A DNA stretch of 45,114 bases, filler included, from Catajapyx aquilonaris (lineage: Eukaryota): NCBI GenBank assembly GCA_000934665.2. It is 2 parts of 2 records of this genome, joined end to end, with 100 filler letters (N's around TTAATTAATTAA, not from the genome) between each part and the next. Parts side by side here need not be neighbours in the genome. Positions count along the whole stretch, not along the records: positions 22,603 to 45,114 come from JYFJ02005856.1; 1 more part is not named here. One strand, written 5' to 3'. Shown here one piece after another: positions 34,801 through 45,114 of the stretch (the stretch's first letter is position 1; every line of letters starts with the position of its first letter). The notes beneath the pieces are model-generated. The model made no database searches. It had not been told where the DNA came from and saw only the letters and a program-made list of their open reading frames with translations. A program made the translations under genes and the position numbers.

Positions 34801-37800
34801 TCTTTCTCTATTCATTTCAATTGTTCTAGGCTTATGAATGAGGAAGGGTTCCAAGCTGACAAGGACCTAGCCAACAAATTGAGGTATGTGACACCATTCA
34901 TTATGGTAAAAGGCTACTATCAAGAGTTGCGTTTTTAAAACTATGATTTATATCACCAAACTCCTGTTGTTAATGGTCAAGTTGCAATAGGGTTGCTTGT
35001 AAATATTCATAATTCTGCCAAGTAAGGTAGGGAATCTGTAGGGCACCTGTTTTGTTTATGTCACTAAGATTTTTGGTTCGCAGGGGCTTGACTGTGTCTG
35101 TGACAATATTTAAAGCTAAATTGTATGGAATAATGGATAATGGGATAATGCCACAAAAAATTGAACGAGTGAATGAAAAGTTTTGATGAACAAATGTCAG
35201 TCATAAAATTAGTAAAATATACCTCTGCCATAAAAATTGAGATGAAATTTTTTGCAGAATCCTAGCCTCTTCAACTTTCAACTGACTGACCTGTACACAT
35301 TAGTTCACTTATTCTGTGTAATTTTTTAAAATTTTTTTTATGTTGCAGCTATTACTTAGAAGACATTTTCAGGTGTCTTTGGACCAGAAATCTTAGCCTT
35401 CTATGAAAAACAAGCAACCTGCAGATTCCCACTTCACTTACAGTTAGTAGGATCCCATTAACCTTGTGTGTAATAAATAATCCGATACATATTTTTGGTT
35501 TGTGTCCAGCTACGTAGTATGTTAGATTTTGATTTTATTCTGAAAATTGGAGCCATACTAACCTTCCTTCCTCAGCAAAAATGTGCCAAGGAAACCTTCA
35601 TACTTAAAACGGGATCTTGATGCTCGTGCCCATTCTGAAGCCTTCCGCATGGCCTTTCGCCTTCCGGCAACTGAGAAGCTTGATGGAAGCACTGAATGCA
35701 GCTTGTGGACTCCATACAATAAACATCAAGTGTCTGGGAAAATGTTCCTTTCCCAGCACTACATGTGCTTTGAGAGCAGGGTGAGTTAAAGTACGAGACC
35801 AACTCTTCCAGTTCTAATTGTTGATTCTTGGCAGGTAAAGGATCTGGTGTCACTAGTAATTCCCCTACGAGATGTCATGTTGGTAGAGAAGGCAGAGAGT
35901 CGTAGTGGTGGTAACGGAACATCTGATTCCTCCATGTTGGTGACCAATCGAAATCGAACCAGCTTTCTCTTCTCCAACGTTCATGACAGAGACTTTGTTG
36001 TAACGAAAATTTCAGAACTGCTGAATCGAATCGTTACAGAGCGCCAGTGAGTATGAAGAAAGAGGAAATTTTATTTGTGGGTTTTATTTATTTTTTAATC
36101 CTTTTCCCTTCATAGTGGCAAGAGTGTGGATAGCAGCAGTCTATGTGCTTCTGGATCAAGTAGCAACAACAGCTTTGTTATGATGGAGGCTGAGCCTGAG
36201 CAGCAACAGGAGCAGCGACGCTGCTACCCTGCAATCATTCAGACCCAGCCCCTCATGCGACAGTTTCCACTCCCATTGCCAGGGGATGTAGTTGCCAGAG
36301 AAGCAGCCAAAAACAAGATGTGGGAAATGCACTTTTGTGAATATGGGAGGGGAGTTGCCATGTACAGGACTTCAGAAGTCACCCAACTTGTGTTGGAAGG
36401 GGTTCCAAATGACCTCAGGTCAGAGGTCTGGATGGTTTTCTCAGGTCAGGGAGTTATTCATATGGAGTATTCATTGGAGTTAAAGGAGAAGGAAGGTTTA
36501 ATCTGACTGTCATACTGAGAGCTCCACTATTTGCAGGTGCTTGCAATGAAATGGTGACCCATCCAGGCTACTATCAGTCACTAGTTGAGCAGAGCCTTGG
36601 CAAGTGCACTGTTGCAAATGAGGAGATAGAGAGGGACCTGCACCGCTCTTTGCCTGAGCATCCAGCTTTTCAGAGAGATGTTGGAATCAGTGCTTTGCGA
36701 CGAATTCTGTCAGCATATGCCTGGAGGAATCCCTCGATAGGATACTGCCAGGCAATGAACATTGTTGGGTCTGCCTTGCTGTTGTATTGTACAGAAGAGG
36801 AGGCTTTCTGGTTGTTGGTGGCTCTCTGTGAGAGGATGCTCCCAGACTACTATAACACCAGAGTTGTGGGGGCTCTAGTCGACCAAGGAGTGTTGGATGA
36901 CTTGGTCAGAACTCACCTGCCTGCCTTGCACTCTAAGCTGCAGTGCCTCGATATGATCAGGATCATTTCGCTCTCATGGTTTCTCACCATCTTTCTCAGG
37001 TTGGAAGTGAACATTAATTTTACTTCTACAGTTTTTAAGTGTGGAAAGTGACAGGAATCAATTAGGGCCCAACCATATGTAGTGTAGATCTCTCCTTCCA
37101 AAAATAGGTTCAAAATTTTTACCAATATAGGGCTTCAATGACATTGCTGATATTGATGATGACAATAATCAGGAGGCTATATTTTTGTTGTGAGTCCATT
37201 AATAAATTGCGGAGCTTGTCACGTTGTCCATAGACATTGTATGATTGTACCGTCATAATGAATTGTGTGTATGGCAATCAATTGTACATGTGTACAAGTT
37301 TTTCACATGTGATTTATCATAGCAGTAAATGTCTTGGCAGGGACATTTCTGAATGACATTGCATAAATGGAAGTTGATCTTGCTTTCGAGTTTAGATGGT
37401 TTGAAGGCAGCAGTTCCTTTTCTTCTGTTCCAGTGTGATGCCATATGAGAGTGCAGTGAACATAATGGACTGCTTCTTCTATGATGGTGCAAAAGTGATC
37501 TTCCAAGTAGCCTTGACAGTCTTAGAATCAAATCAAGAGACTTTGTTAAGTTCACGTGATGATGGAGAAGCTATGCAAATTCTCACAGAATACTTGGATA
37601 GAATTCAATGGAGAGAGGTCCCAGATCTTACTGCTGAGGCAGCTGAAGAAGTGGGTGAAGAGGAAGAGCAGTCAAAAACGAACAAGCAACCAGGAATTTC
37701 CATTGGAACACTCATCTACAATTCATACTGCAGGTGAGTTTCATAAACACACAGACACAGACACACACCCAGATTTGGGTTAGTGTTATTCATCATAATC

Positions 37801-39493
37801 ACCAAGCCATTGGATTGGTGATTTCTAATATTTTTGCATTCTTATGATGGACAACTCAATTCTAGATATGGTCAGCTTAGTGAAGGTGTGATAAGGCAAT
37901 TGCGTCTGAAGCATCGCTTGAAGGTGGTCCAGAACCTGGAGGACTCAACTATGAAGAATGTGATACAGAGTGTATCTGCAGAAGGATACTTTGGGGAGAA
38001 GGAGCTGCAGGGTTTGCTGCAACTTGTGAAAGAAGACCAGCTCTTGCAGCAGACTTCACAATGCCAAAAAGAATCTCCATCAGCTGAAAGATTTGATCCA
38101 ACCTTACCATACTACGAACTATATCGAGTGGATTTTGAATTTTTCAGGGTACTCTTTGCTGCCCTTTCACCTTGGGGACATGGAGTTCAGGCAGAGGTGC
38201 TTGCTGCTAGAATTTTTAGGGTGAGCATATCTCACTAATTTTTCATTATTCACCTTGTGGAATAGTTATGTTGTTGGCATAGTGTTGTACAGGACATGAA
38301 GTGAACATGGTAAAAATTTTAAATTAATTCCAGTTGTGTCATTATTTACAGCTGATGGACCGCAATGGTGATGGCCTGTTGTCCTTCCTGGAACTGGTCC
38401 GAGGCCTGGGTCTGACTTGCTCTGCTGATCTTCTGACCCGTCTTCGCCTCTTTTTTTGCTTACACCTCCCTCCTTTGCTGTCAACTGAGGAGGCCTCAGC
38501 AGACTCACCCAGGGCAGAAGATGGAGCAGAAGTGGCCACTGAGGCATCAGAATTTTTTGACAGCCTGGAAAGAAGCACCACTTCCTCATTACTTTCCCTT
38601 TCCTCGTGCTCTGGTAGTCTTGCAACTCTCACAAGCACATTGTTGGCAGCTCCACCAGATGAGCTGCACAACATTGAGTCTGCGTTTAAAGAACTTCGAT
38701 CATGGTCTGGAAGTGGAAGTAGTCTTGGATCCAATCCTGCACCTACATTGGGTGGAGGCGGTGGGAAAAGAGAGCTGGAGAGCATGGATGCAAGGTGCAC
38801 AGCTAGTTTGCACTCGTTGGTGATACAGAGGAAAGATGCTGGTGGAGGGGGAGAAGCAAGACCCAAAGTTGTGCCTCCTATGCCTCAACCTAATTTTGTG
38901 GCCATGTGGAAAGCTCTGTATGATCTGTTTGTGCATCAGGCTGAGGAGCAAGACATTTACAGGTCCATTGCCATTGTTGGTAAGTCAGTTAACATGATTT
39001 TAGCCAGTGGAATTGTCATGCGGTACTCCGAATTGTTTCCATCATCACGAAGAGTCATTTGTTGCACAAGTCATAATAAACAAAGAAATTATGTGACTTG
39101 TAGTTTAACAATATGCTTAAATGTCTCATTATAGGCACCCGTCTGCTACAAATAGGTGAAGTTGGACATCGCTTCCAGAAGAGTCCCACTCAGGTGACGA
39201 CAACTCAACAATTTTCATCAGGCGAAGAGAAGTCAGAGGATGTTGAGGATTTTGTCTCATGCCCTCTGCCAGTGCCAGGGAGCAGTAACAATGAGTCTCT
39301 CCCATCATCAAATTCACCTCATCCTTCCCCTCCCCAACATTGGTGCATCACATTTGAGCAGTTCCTGGCGTCCATTTTGACTGAGGCCCCATTGGTAACC
39401 TTCTTTGAACAGCGTTACAACCTTTGTGAGGCCATCGATTGCTTCAAATCTCACCGACTCGCTAGGCAGGTCAGCCTTGCAACTACACCCTGA
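31827..39493 (+). CDS. TBC1D9: TBC1 domain family member 9/8-like RabGAP (2 GRAM, TBC, EF-hand); exons 31827-31870, 32707-32873, 33984-34257, 34422-34608, 34692-34768, 34830-34883, 35576-35780, 35835-36046, 36116-36444, 36537-36999, 37434-37733, 37866-38220, 38352-38979, 39135-39493
   Basis: N-terminus [35 protein letters not shown]-finger [14 protein letters not shown]-finger GYCQAMN, EF-hand [13 protein letters not shown]-terminal [15 protein letters not shown]; splice phases consistent. Confidence 0.95.
32018..32160. mobile_element. Short hairpin MITE (PIF/Harbinger-like)
   Basis: GGCCAGGTTCACCACTCA..AGATGATCCTAACCTGGAT / ATCCTGGTTAGATCATCT..GTGAGTGGTGCAACCCGAC. Confidence 0.5.
32464..32595. 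mobile_element. Short hairpin MITE
   Basis: GGGGAGGATTCATCAAATGTCGTAAGTCAAATTTT / AAAATTTGACTTGTGACATTTGATGAATCCCCCC. Confidence 0.75.
33160..33424 (-). mobile_element. tRNA-derived SINE with conserved central domain (V/Meta-SINE-like)
   Basis: 16-bp TSD ATATCACTCTGAATAT (33144-33159, 33425-33440); head GGGCGACACGGTGGTGGAGTGGTTAGCGC...GAGTTCGATCCCC; core GTGGGTTTTCTCGGGGTTCTCCCGTTTCCTCCCAC; short (ATT) tail. Confidence 0.88.
35025..35436. mobile_element. Degenerate DNA-transposon remnant
   Basis: Inverted ends GTAGGGAATCTGTAGG..TGTTTT / AAAACAAGCAACCTGCAGATTCCCAC. Confidence 0.45.
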
Positions 39494-40475
39494 GAAAAAT
39501 ATATTGTTAGGGACATGTTAGAAAGTTTCCATGCCAAGTGGTTTCAGGAGCTAGAATTGCAACAACAGCATCTCATGAAAACATGATCACTAGGATATTT
39601 TTTTGTGATCAGAATGCGTGTGGGGTTTCAAAGCGAGAAGCTCATTTCTCTTATTGCTCCTTGAATCGATTGGATGGATGATGATCATATTCTAACCAAA
39701 TCATTTACATTTATGGGCAATGTTGGGTTTTTAATAACTGCAATTATAGTGCTGCTATCTTATTTTATTATTGTCACCATTTTTGTGTTTTTTAGCAATA
39801 TATCACATTCCCAACAGATGCATTTTCTCAATAGTCATTTTTCGGAGACCAAAATTTTCTACCATTTTTAATACCATGCGACAGGATTATGTTCTCTACA
39901 CAGCCTGAGTTGAAGACAATGCATCAATGTCTAGGTATCTGTATAGTTTTCATCACAGTCAGGTGCTGTCACCTCATGTACAGTGTAAGTAATGTAAAAC
40001 AAAGGATAAATAAAGAATCTGTATACAAATATTATAATATCAGACATTACTGTATTTTTTATTCTCTGGTGACCATAACTGGCATAACAGGACACACAAC
40101 TAAATTTGCACATTTTCTGACTTTTGCTATTTTTTCCACGCATTGGAGATATTTAGTTCCATCTTCTACTCTGCAGGGAAACAACCAGATGGTGACAGAA
40201 TTAGGGCTTGAATGAGTCAATTTTATTGGTCCTTACATAATAATTCTTGTGGACTTTCAGGACGTGTTAATATGTGTTCATACTTCGCTATTTTATTGAT
40301 TTTATTTTTATTGTCGTTGGCCTTGCAGCTCAACTTGACACTTGGCATGTACTGACAACAGTGACATCTAATAGCAGGAGTTCCGTGATTCAACATACAA
40401 TATTCCTCTCTCACCAATTGAATAATTCATCCACCTTCCTCTGAAGGAGAGGAGCTTAGGTTACTGAGGCAGCTC

Positions 40476-42540
40476 TTAAACAACTGGGGGGCATGTTGGT
40501 GCTTCCCAATCCACAGACTGTTTGTTGTACCAGATGTACCCTCCTCTTGGTTCCTTGACGTCAGGTGGTAACAGAGCCAACCAAGATGGTGCAGCTGCCC
40601 CTGCAAAGACACATTATTGTACATGCAGCATGGTCTGTGACTGTCTCATGAAATGAAATAATGTGGAGAAGAAACAGCTACATGAAATATGCAATGCAAT
40701 CACAAATTCATGTCTAGGAGGAGGACTGCAACAAAATGAAACCACAAACAAACCTAATAAAGGAAATGGAGATATAGAAAAAATGAATTAGGCACTACAC
40801 ACTGCCTCTGTACGAGGCAGGACAAAAAATTCAATTTCAACATGTTTCAATCACAGCATGAATGTGCCATTACTTCTGCAGAAGCAATCAAAGTGCAGCA
40901 GTTATTATTAATACTTATCACTTTGTAATTACTGAACTAGATGCTTCAGAAAAATGTCGCAGCAGTGAACTTTTATGCATAACTGGGTAAAATTGGGTTA
41001 CCATGTTGGTGACCTGTCAGGCACAACCATTATTTTCCTTTAATGGAAAGAGTTTTCATTTGCTAATTTTTTCACCTGCAGTGCAATTACACAATGATAC
41101 CTTCTTTTGTGGAGAGAGGTCCTTTTCCACTGGTCATGTCTGTGTTGACATAGCCTGGGTGAACCGAGTTGACCACCAAGTCAGACCGGGAGTCAGCATC
41201 AAAGGCACGCTGCTGAATATTTGTCAGGGCAGTTGTACCAACCTTGGACACAACATAGGTACTATTGGGCCAACCTAGCTCAGAGTGGTTGCCAGCTTTG
41301 GTAGCACTGAAATTAAGTTCATTACAAGTCTTCAGTACATGTTCAAAGTTCTGATATGAGGAATTAGAATATGTAATTTCATTACAAAGGTTTTTGGCTG
41401 ATTGGCATACTTCCTAATATTTGTTTGTATATTTGAGTGAGAAGGAAGCAATGGACTCCTCCGGGGTATACCAAGAGCTGGGTATACTGACCCCCTGGTG
41501 GAGCTAATTTTATACCACCATGCTGCAGATTGCTTGGAAATAGTGTGCTTATTACATAGCACAATGCATTCTGTCTTCTCTCCTTCACAGCTTGGAAGCC
41601 ATTAAAACACCACACTTGGCTAGTTTGTATGAGTTAACTTTACCTCACAAACTGATTCATGAGGTCACATAGCTGATCCTCTGTGAGGTCTTTCGATGCA
41701 AACTTCTTCCTAAGCTCTGAGGCATTTGGTTCCTGGCCATTGATGCGGGACAGGTGCCCGGCAGAGCTGGAGAGATTAACCACTCGAGCATGGGGACGCA
41801 GCAGAGGAAAGAGGGTGCGGCACACATGTAACAATCCAAAGACGTTGACTCGGATCGTGTTGGCTGCCTGCTCTGAGAAAGGCTCAGTGGCTGCATTCTA
41901 GAAGTACATTCAGAAACTGTGTTTAGTAGTGGGAAATCTGGAATCATGCCTCAGTTTTGGATGCAATGAGTTTCCAGGATATATGCGCATGCATCAATGG
42001 TACTCCCAAGAATGGAGGTGCAGTACTGTACTTGACTGTTATTGTTTTGCTATCTAGGCGGATTAGGTTGGTTATCAGTATCATTTCAACTGTTGGTTAA
42101 TAATGCTTTAGACCTTGAACAGTTACATAACTTGCAGCCAAATAGAGGTGTTGACGAACCTTGTATGCGATTGACGCATTGTTGACGAGGACATCCAAGC
42201 CTCCGTAGGTGTCCTTCAAGTAGTCCCTCAGCTTGTCGATGCTGCCCTGATCATCAATGTCCAGCTTATGGAACTTGGGGTGCAGTCCATCCTGTTGTAC
42301 ATACAATTATGGTGAAAGGAACGACTCTGATGTGTTACATAATCTGCCTAGATGGCTGATAAATGCAGTGTGACAGTATACACGTACCTTAGTGAGTAGC
42401 TGCAGTGCCTCCTTCCCCCTCTCCTCGTCCCTGGCGGTGAGGTAGACGACCCCGTCGAACTTGGCGCACAGCTCCCTCACGATGGCCAGTCCGATCCCCT
42501 TGTTGCTCCCCGTCACCACAGCCACCCTCGTCGAAGCCAT
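40476..42540 (-). CDS. CBR1: Carbonyl reductase [NADPH] 1/3-like SDR; exons 42540-42388, 42291-42160, 41897-41644, 41306-41101, 40600-40476
   Basis: VAVVTGSNKGIG Rossmann motif, YGGLDVLVNNASIAYK, RVVNLSS, catalytic YVVSK, HPGYVNTDMT; GT-AG phases consistent; stop TAA at 40478-40476. Confidence 0.93.
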
Positions 42541-43703
42541 ACCTTCTCACTCGTCAGACAATCAGACACTAACCGCGTGATGAAGGCGAGCGTGTGATGC
42601 CGGTGTACGTCCTGGGAGCGAATGAAGGGCACAGAGTCGCTCTTATCGGCTCGCCTGCAGGGCAGATGAGCATAGATATGCCAACCAGTGGGGTGCCAAT
42701 GGGTGGTCGGAGGATGACGGAAGGATCAGCGGCCTTGACCTTGAAGGGACGCCGCGTGATAACCCGCAAGCAAGCACACTTGGAGCAATAATTGAGTTGA
42801 CACCTTGTCAACCTTAGTTGTCGACAGTGCAAGATGCCGCCTCCGTTGCTGGTGCTTCGCTCTGGCGGGGATATCAACCAACTGGTGTCCCCTCTGCACA
42901 GTCCATGTCCCGTGCCACAGATGGAGTCACTCGACCTGATATTCCAAGATGGAGAGCTTGGGATGCTGGTCCGTGGACCCGGGAAACTCAACGGATCAGG
43001 CAGCCTGACGCTGTGACCCCCGAAGAGGGACACCACCAACAGTCCGACTCAGACACAACCTACCGAGCTGCCATCCATGCGAACTTGGAGTCTATTTGCT
43101 GCGAAACTGTTGGAGAAGGAAGAGCAGTGGCAAGTATCCTCACAGTTATCATGTGGCACCTGATGGTATACGTTGGTGTCCCACATTAACAAGCGTCCAG
43201 GTTAGATTAGGAGCACACTAAACGTCACTTAGCCTACATTTCTCTTCCCAGTTACCATTCCCTAGACTCGGACATTGTCATAAAATATGCCAACACTCAA
43301 CAGCAATAACAAAAAACGTCCGTGCGATATACTCGACCTTGCAGGTGTGATAACTGTAGCATTATTGTGCGCATATACAGTGGAACCTGCCTGAAGCAAA
43401 GGTGGTTTGTTTGATAGGCTGTCTTTATATGCCACAAAAATACTGTAGCGAGTAGCCTACTGTAATTGAAAATTCGGAGCAGGACCAAGGGAAGTTTCGT
43501 AATGGGACATGCACGCATCGCTGTTATCTAACCACTTACTGCATGTGCACGGACTTCTCTGCCTGCTTCTGACTGCATTGTGTTGCCGCCTATGTCTAGG
43601 GGCAGGCCAATGTGTCTGGTCATCGGTTGGTCATAGCTACGATTTTTCTCTCCCATACAACTCAGTGGAACGGGAGTCCCACTGGAAATACACACCCAAT
43701 ATT

Positions 43704-44060
43704 TTAAGGGCGATAGCCCTTAAGTAAGACCGTAGCATAGATTTCAACAATGTTTCAACAATGAATTTTTCCTACTTGTTCTTCTTCTTCTTCTTCTTCT
43801 TCTTCTTCTTCTTCTTCTTCTTCTTCTTCTTCTTCTTCTTCTTCTTTTTCTTCTTCTTCTTCTTGTTGTTACGTTTTTTTTATTCGCCCTAACTCCAGTT
43901 CTGCTGTAGGTAGAGCTTCCAAATTTTGAACACAGATCCCCACCGTCGTGACTTGATTTCCTACCATTTACACTTTTACTTAATTCCTCTTCAAAACGCC
44001 GCAAAAAATTTAAAACCACCAAAAAATACGTCTATATTTTTTTCCTCAATAACTATTCTG
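43704..44060. mobile_element. Helentron/DINE-1-like (HINE) element with internal microsatellite
   Basis: Stem-loop TTAAGGGC-GATA-GCCCTTAA at 43704-43723 shortly followed by (CTT)n; right boundary uncertain. Confidence 0.4.
43779..43864. repeat. (TTC)n microsatellite
   Basis: About 28 units with one interruption. Confidence 0.97.
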
Positions 44061-44308
44061 AATTCGGTTCCTTCTTCAACAGGCCGAAGGTGCAGTGGGA
44101 TGGTGCGGATCTATGTTCAAAATCTCACAGTTCCACCTGCTGCAAGATTGGAGCTGTGATTTTTTTACATAAAATTTTTATGTCATTAATTCATTCGTTC
44201 ATAATGCCATCACCTAGAAACGTCAATTCTTGTTTACCCACTAGCCAAATTGTTATTATCGAAATACCCTGCCGCTGGTGTGAACGCATTGCACTTATTA
44301 CAGATTTA

Positions 44309-44738
44309 CAGTTGAATCCGGATATAACAGCCTCGGGTATAACAGACTTGGTTATAAAGGCCGTCCCGGCATGCTTCCATTAGGACCTGTGTATTTGCAC
44401 TTCTGATGTAACAGACTCATTTTCACCTCACCTCGGGTATAACAGACCATTTCTTGGACCCTAGGTGGGAAAATATTGTTTTCCAGGTATAAAATATGCA
44501 CAAAGGAGACGGCAGAAGGAAATTTCGGATATTTTGGTCCTGCATAATTTTCGGGTGCGCCAATATTGCATTTTTGACAGATTTCATTAATCGGTATGTA
44601 GTCTAGTAGTGCATAGTACAGCCATATTGAAAGCAGAAATTTATGTTTTCGTTGCGTGACGATTCGGCTATAACAGACCTCGGTTATAATATACTTTTTT
44701 CGCAGTCTCTTGAAGTTTGTTGTATTCGAATTCAACTG
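44309..44738. mobile_element. pogo/Tigger-like MITE
   Basis: TA-flanked TIRs CAGTTGAATCCGGATATAACAG / TTGTTGTATTCGAATTCAACTG; repeated CTCGGGTATAACAGAC subterminal motifs. Confidence 0.82.
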
Positions 44739-45114
44739 TACTATTAAGCCGTTCGCTCCCTGCTATATCGCCATCGCCAGGTAATACCGGCCAACTCTTA
44801 AGCTGATTTAATTATGAAATTATGTTACAGTATGCGGAATATCTAACTTGAGAAATGTGCCAGACAAATATTTGCTGCAATCGTTTCATTTCGCGAAAAT
44901 TAAATAAGTTTGGGAGTTTTCAGATATGACCGAGGCAAGCCACACATAGTATTGATTTAATTCTTGGAAAGTTCCACGATTTCAGTAAATTCGTCTGGTA
45001 CGGTTCTCAATGTAGCCTACACTCTTAGTCCGGTCACCTTTAATATCCCCTTTAGAGTTGTTTTAAAGGTGATCCGTAATGCGGCAGTAGGGAATTATAG
45101 GGGATTCGTTGAAT

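Noticed and set aside
42569..43189. ORFs of 156, 123, 65 and 60 aa upstream of CBR
   Set aside because: No recognisable protein features; better explained as GC-rich promoter or upstream sequence, though an unrecognised exon cannot be excluded
43744..44022. Poly-Arg protamine-like ORF
   Set aside because: Translation of the (TTC)n microsatellite

Overview
Eukaryotic, intron-containing animal DNA, most likely an arthropod/pancrustacean (inferred from gene content, ~55-75 bp introns and tRNA-derived SINEs). It is assembled with a 101-N gap (1478-1578) and an artificial N44-TTAATTAATTAA-N44 linker (22503-22602). Recognisable genes, by manual splicing: first coding exon of DNA polymerase kappa (-), coatomer beta COPB1 (-, first coding exon not found), a secreted dual-domain C-type lectin (+), an orphan LRR-like gene (+), an Art8/PRMT6-like arginine methyltransferase (-) head-to-head with TBC1D9/8 (+), and a CBR1-like carbonyl reductase (-). 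The main find is a three-exon insulin-superfamily peptide gene (2274-3849, -) that the ORF track splits into unremarkable fragments. It has an ATG-only first coding exon, TATA/Inr promoter, signal peptide, B chain, furin-flanked C peptide and A chain, with non-canonical cysteine spacing (C-X12-C; CC-X4-C-X5-C) reminiscent of Dilp8/gonadulin. Introns and intergenic DNA carry many non-autonomous elements (hAT, Tc1/pogo, piggyBac-like and Sola-like MITEs, SINEs, some nested).
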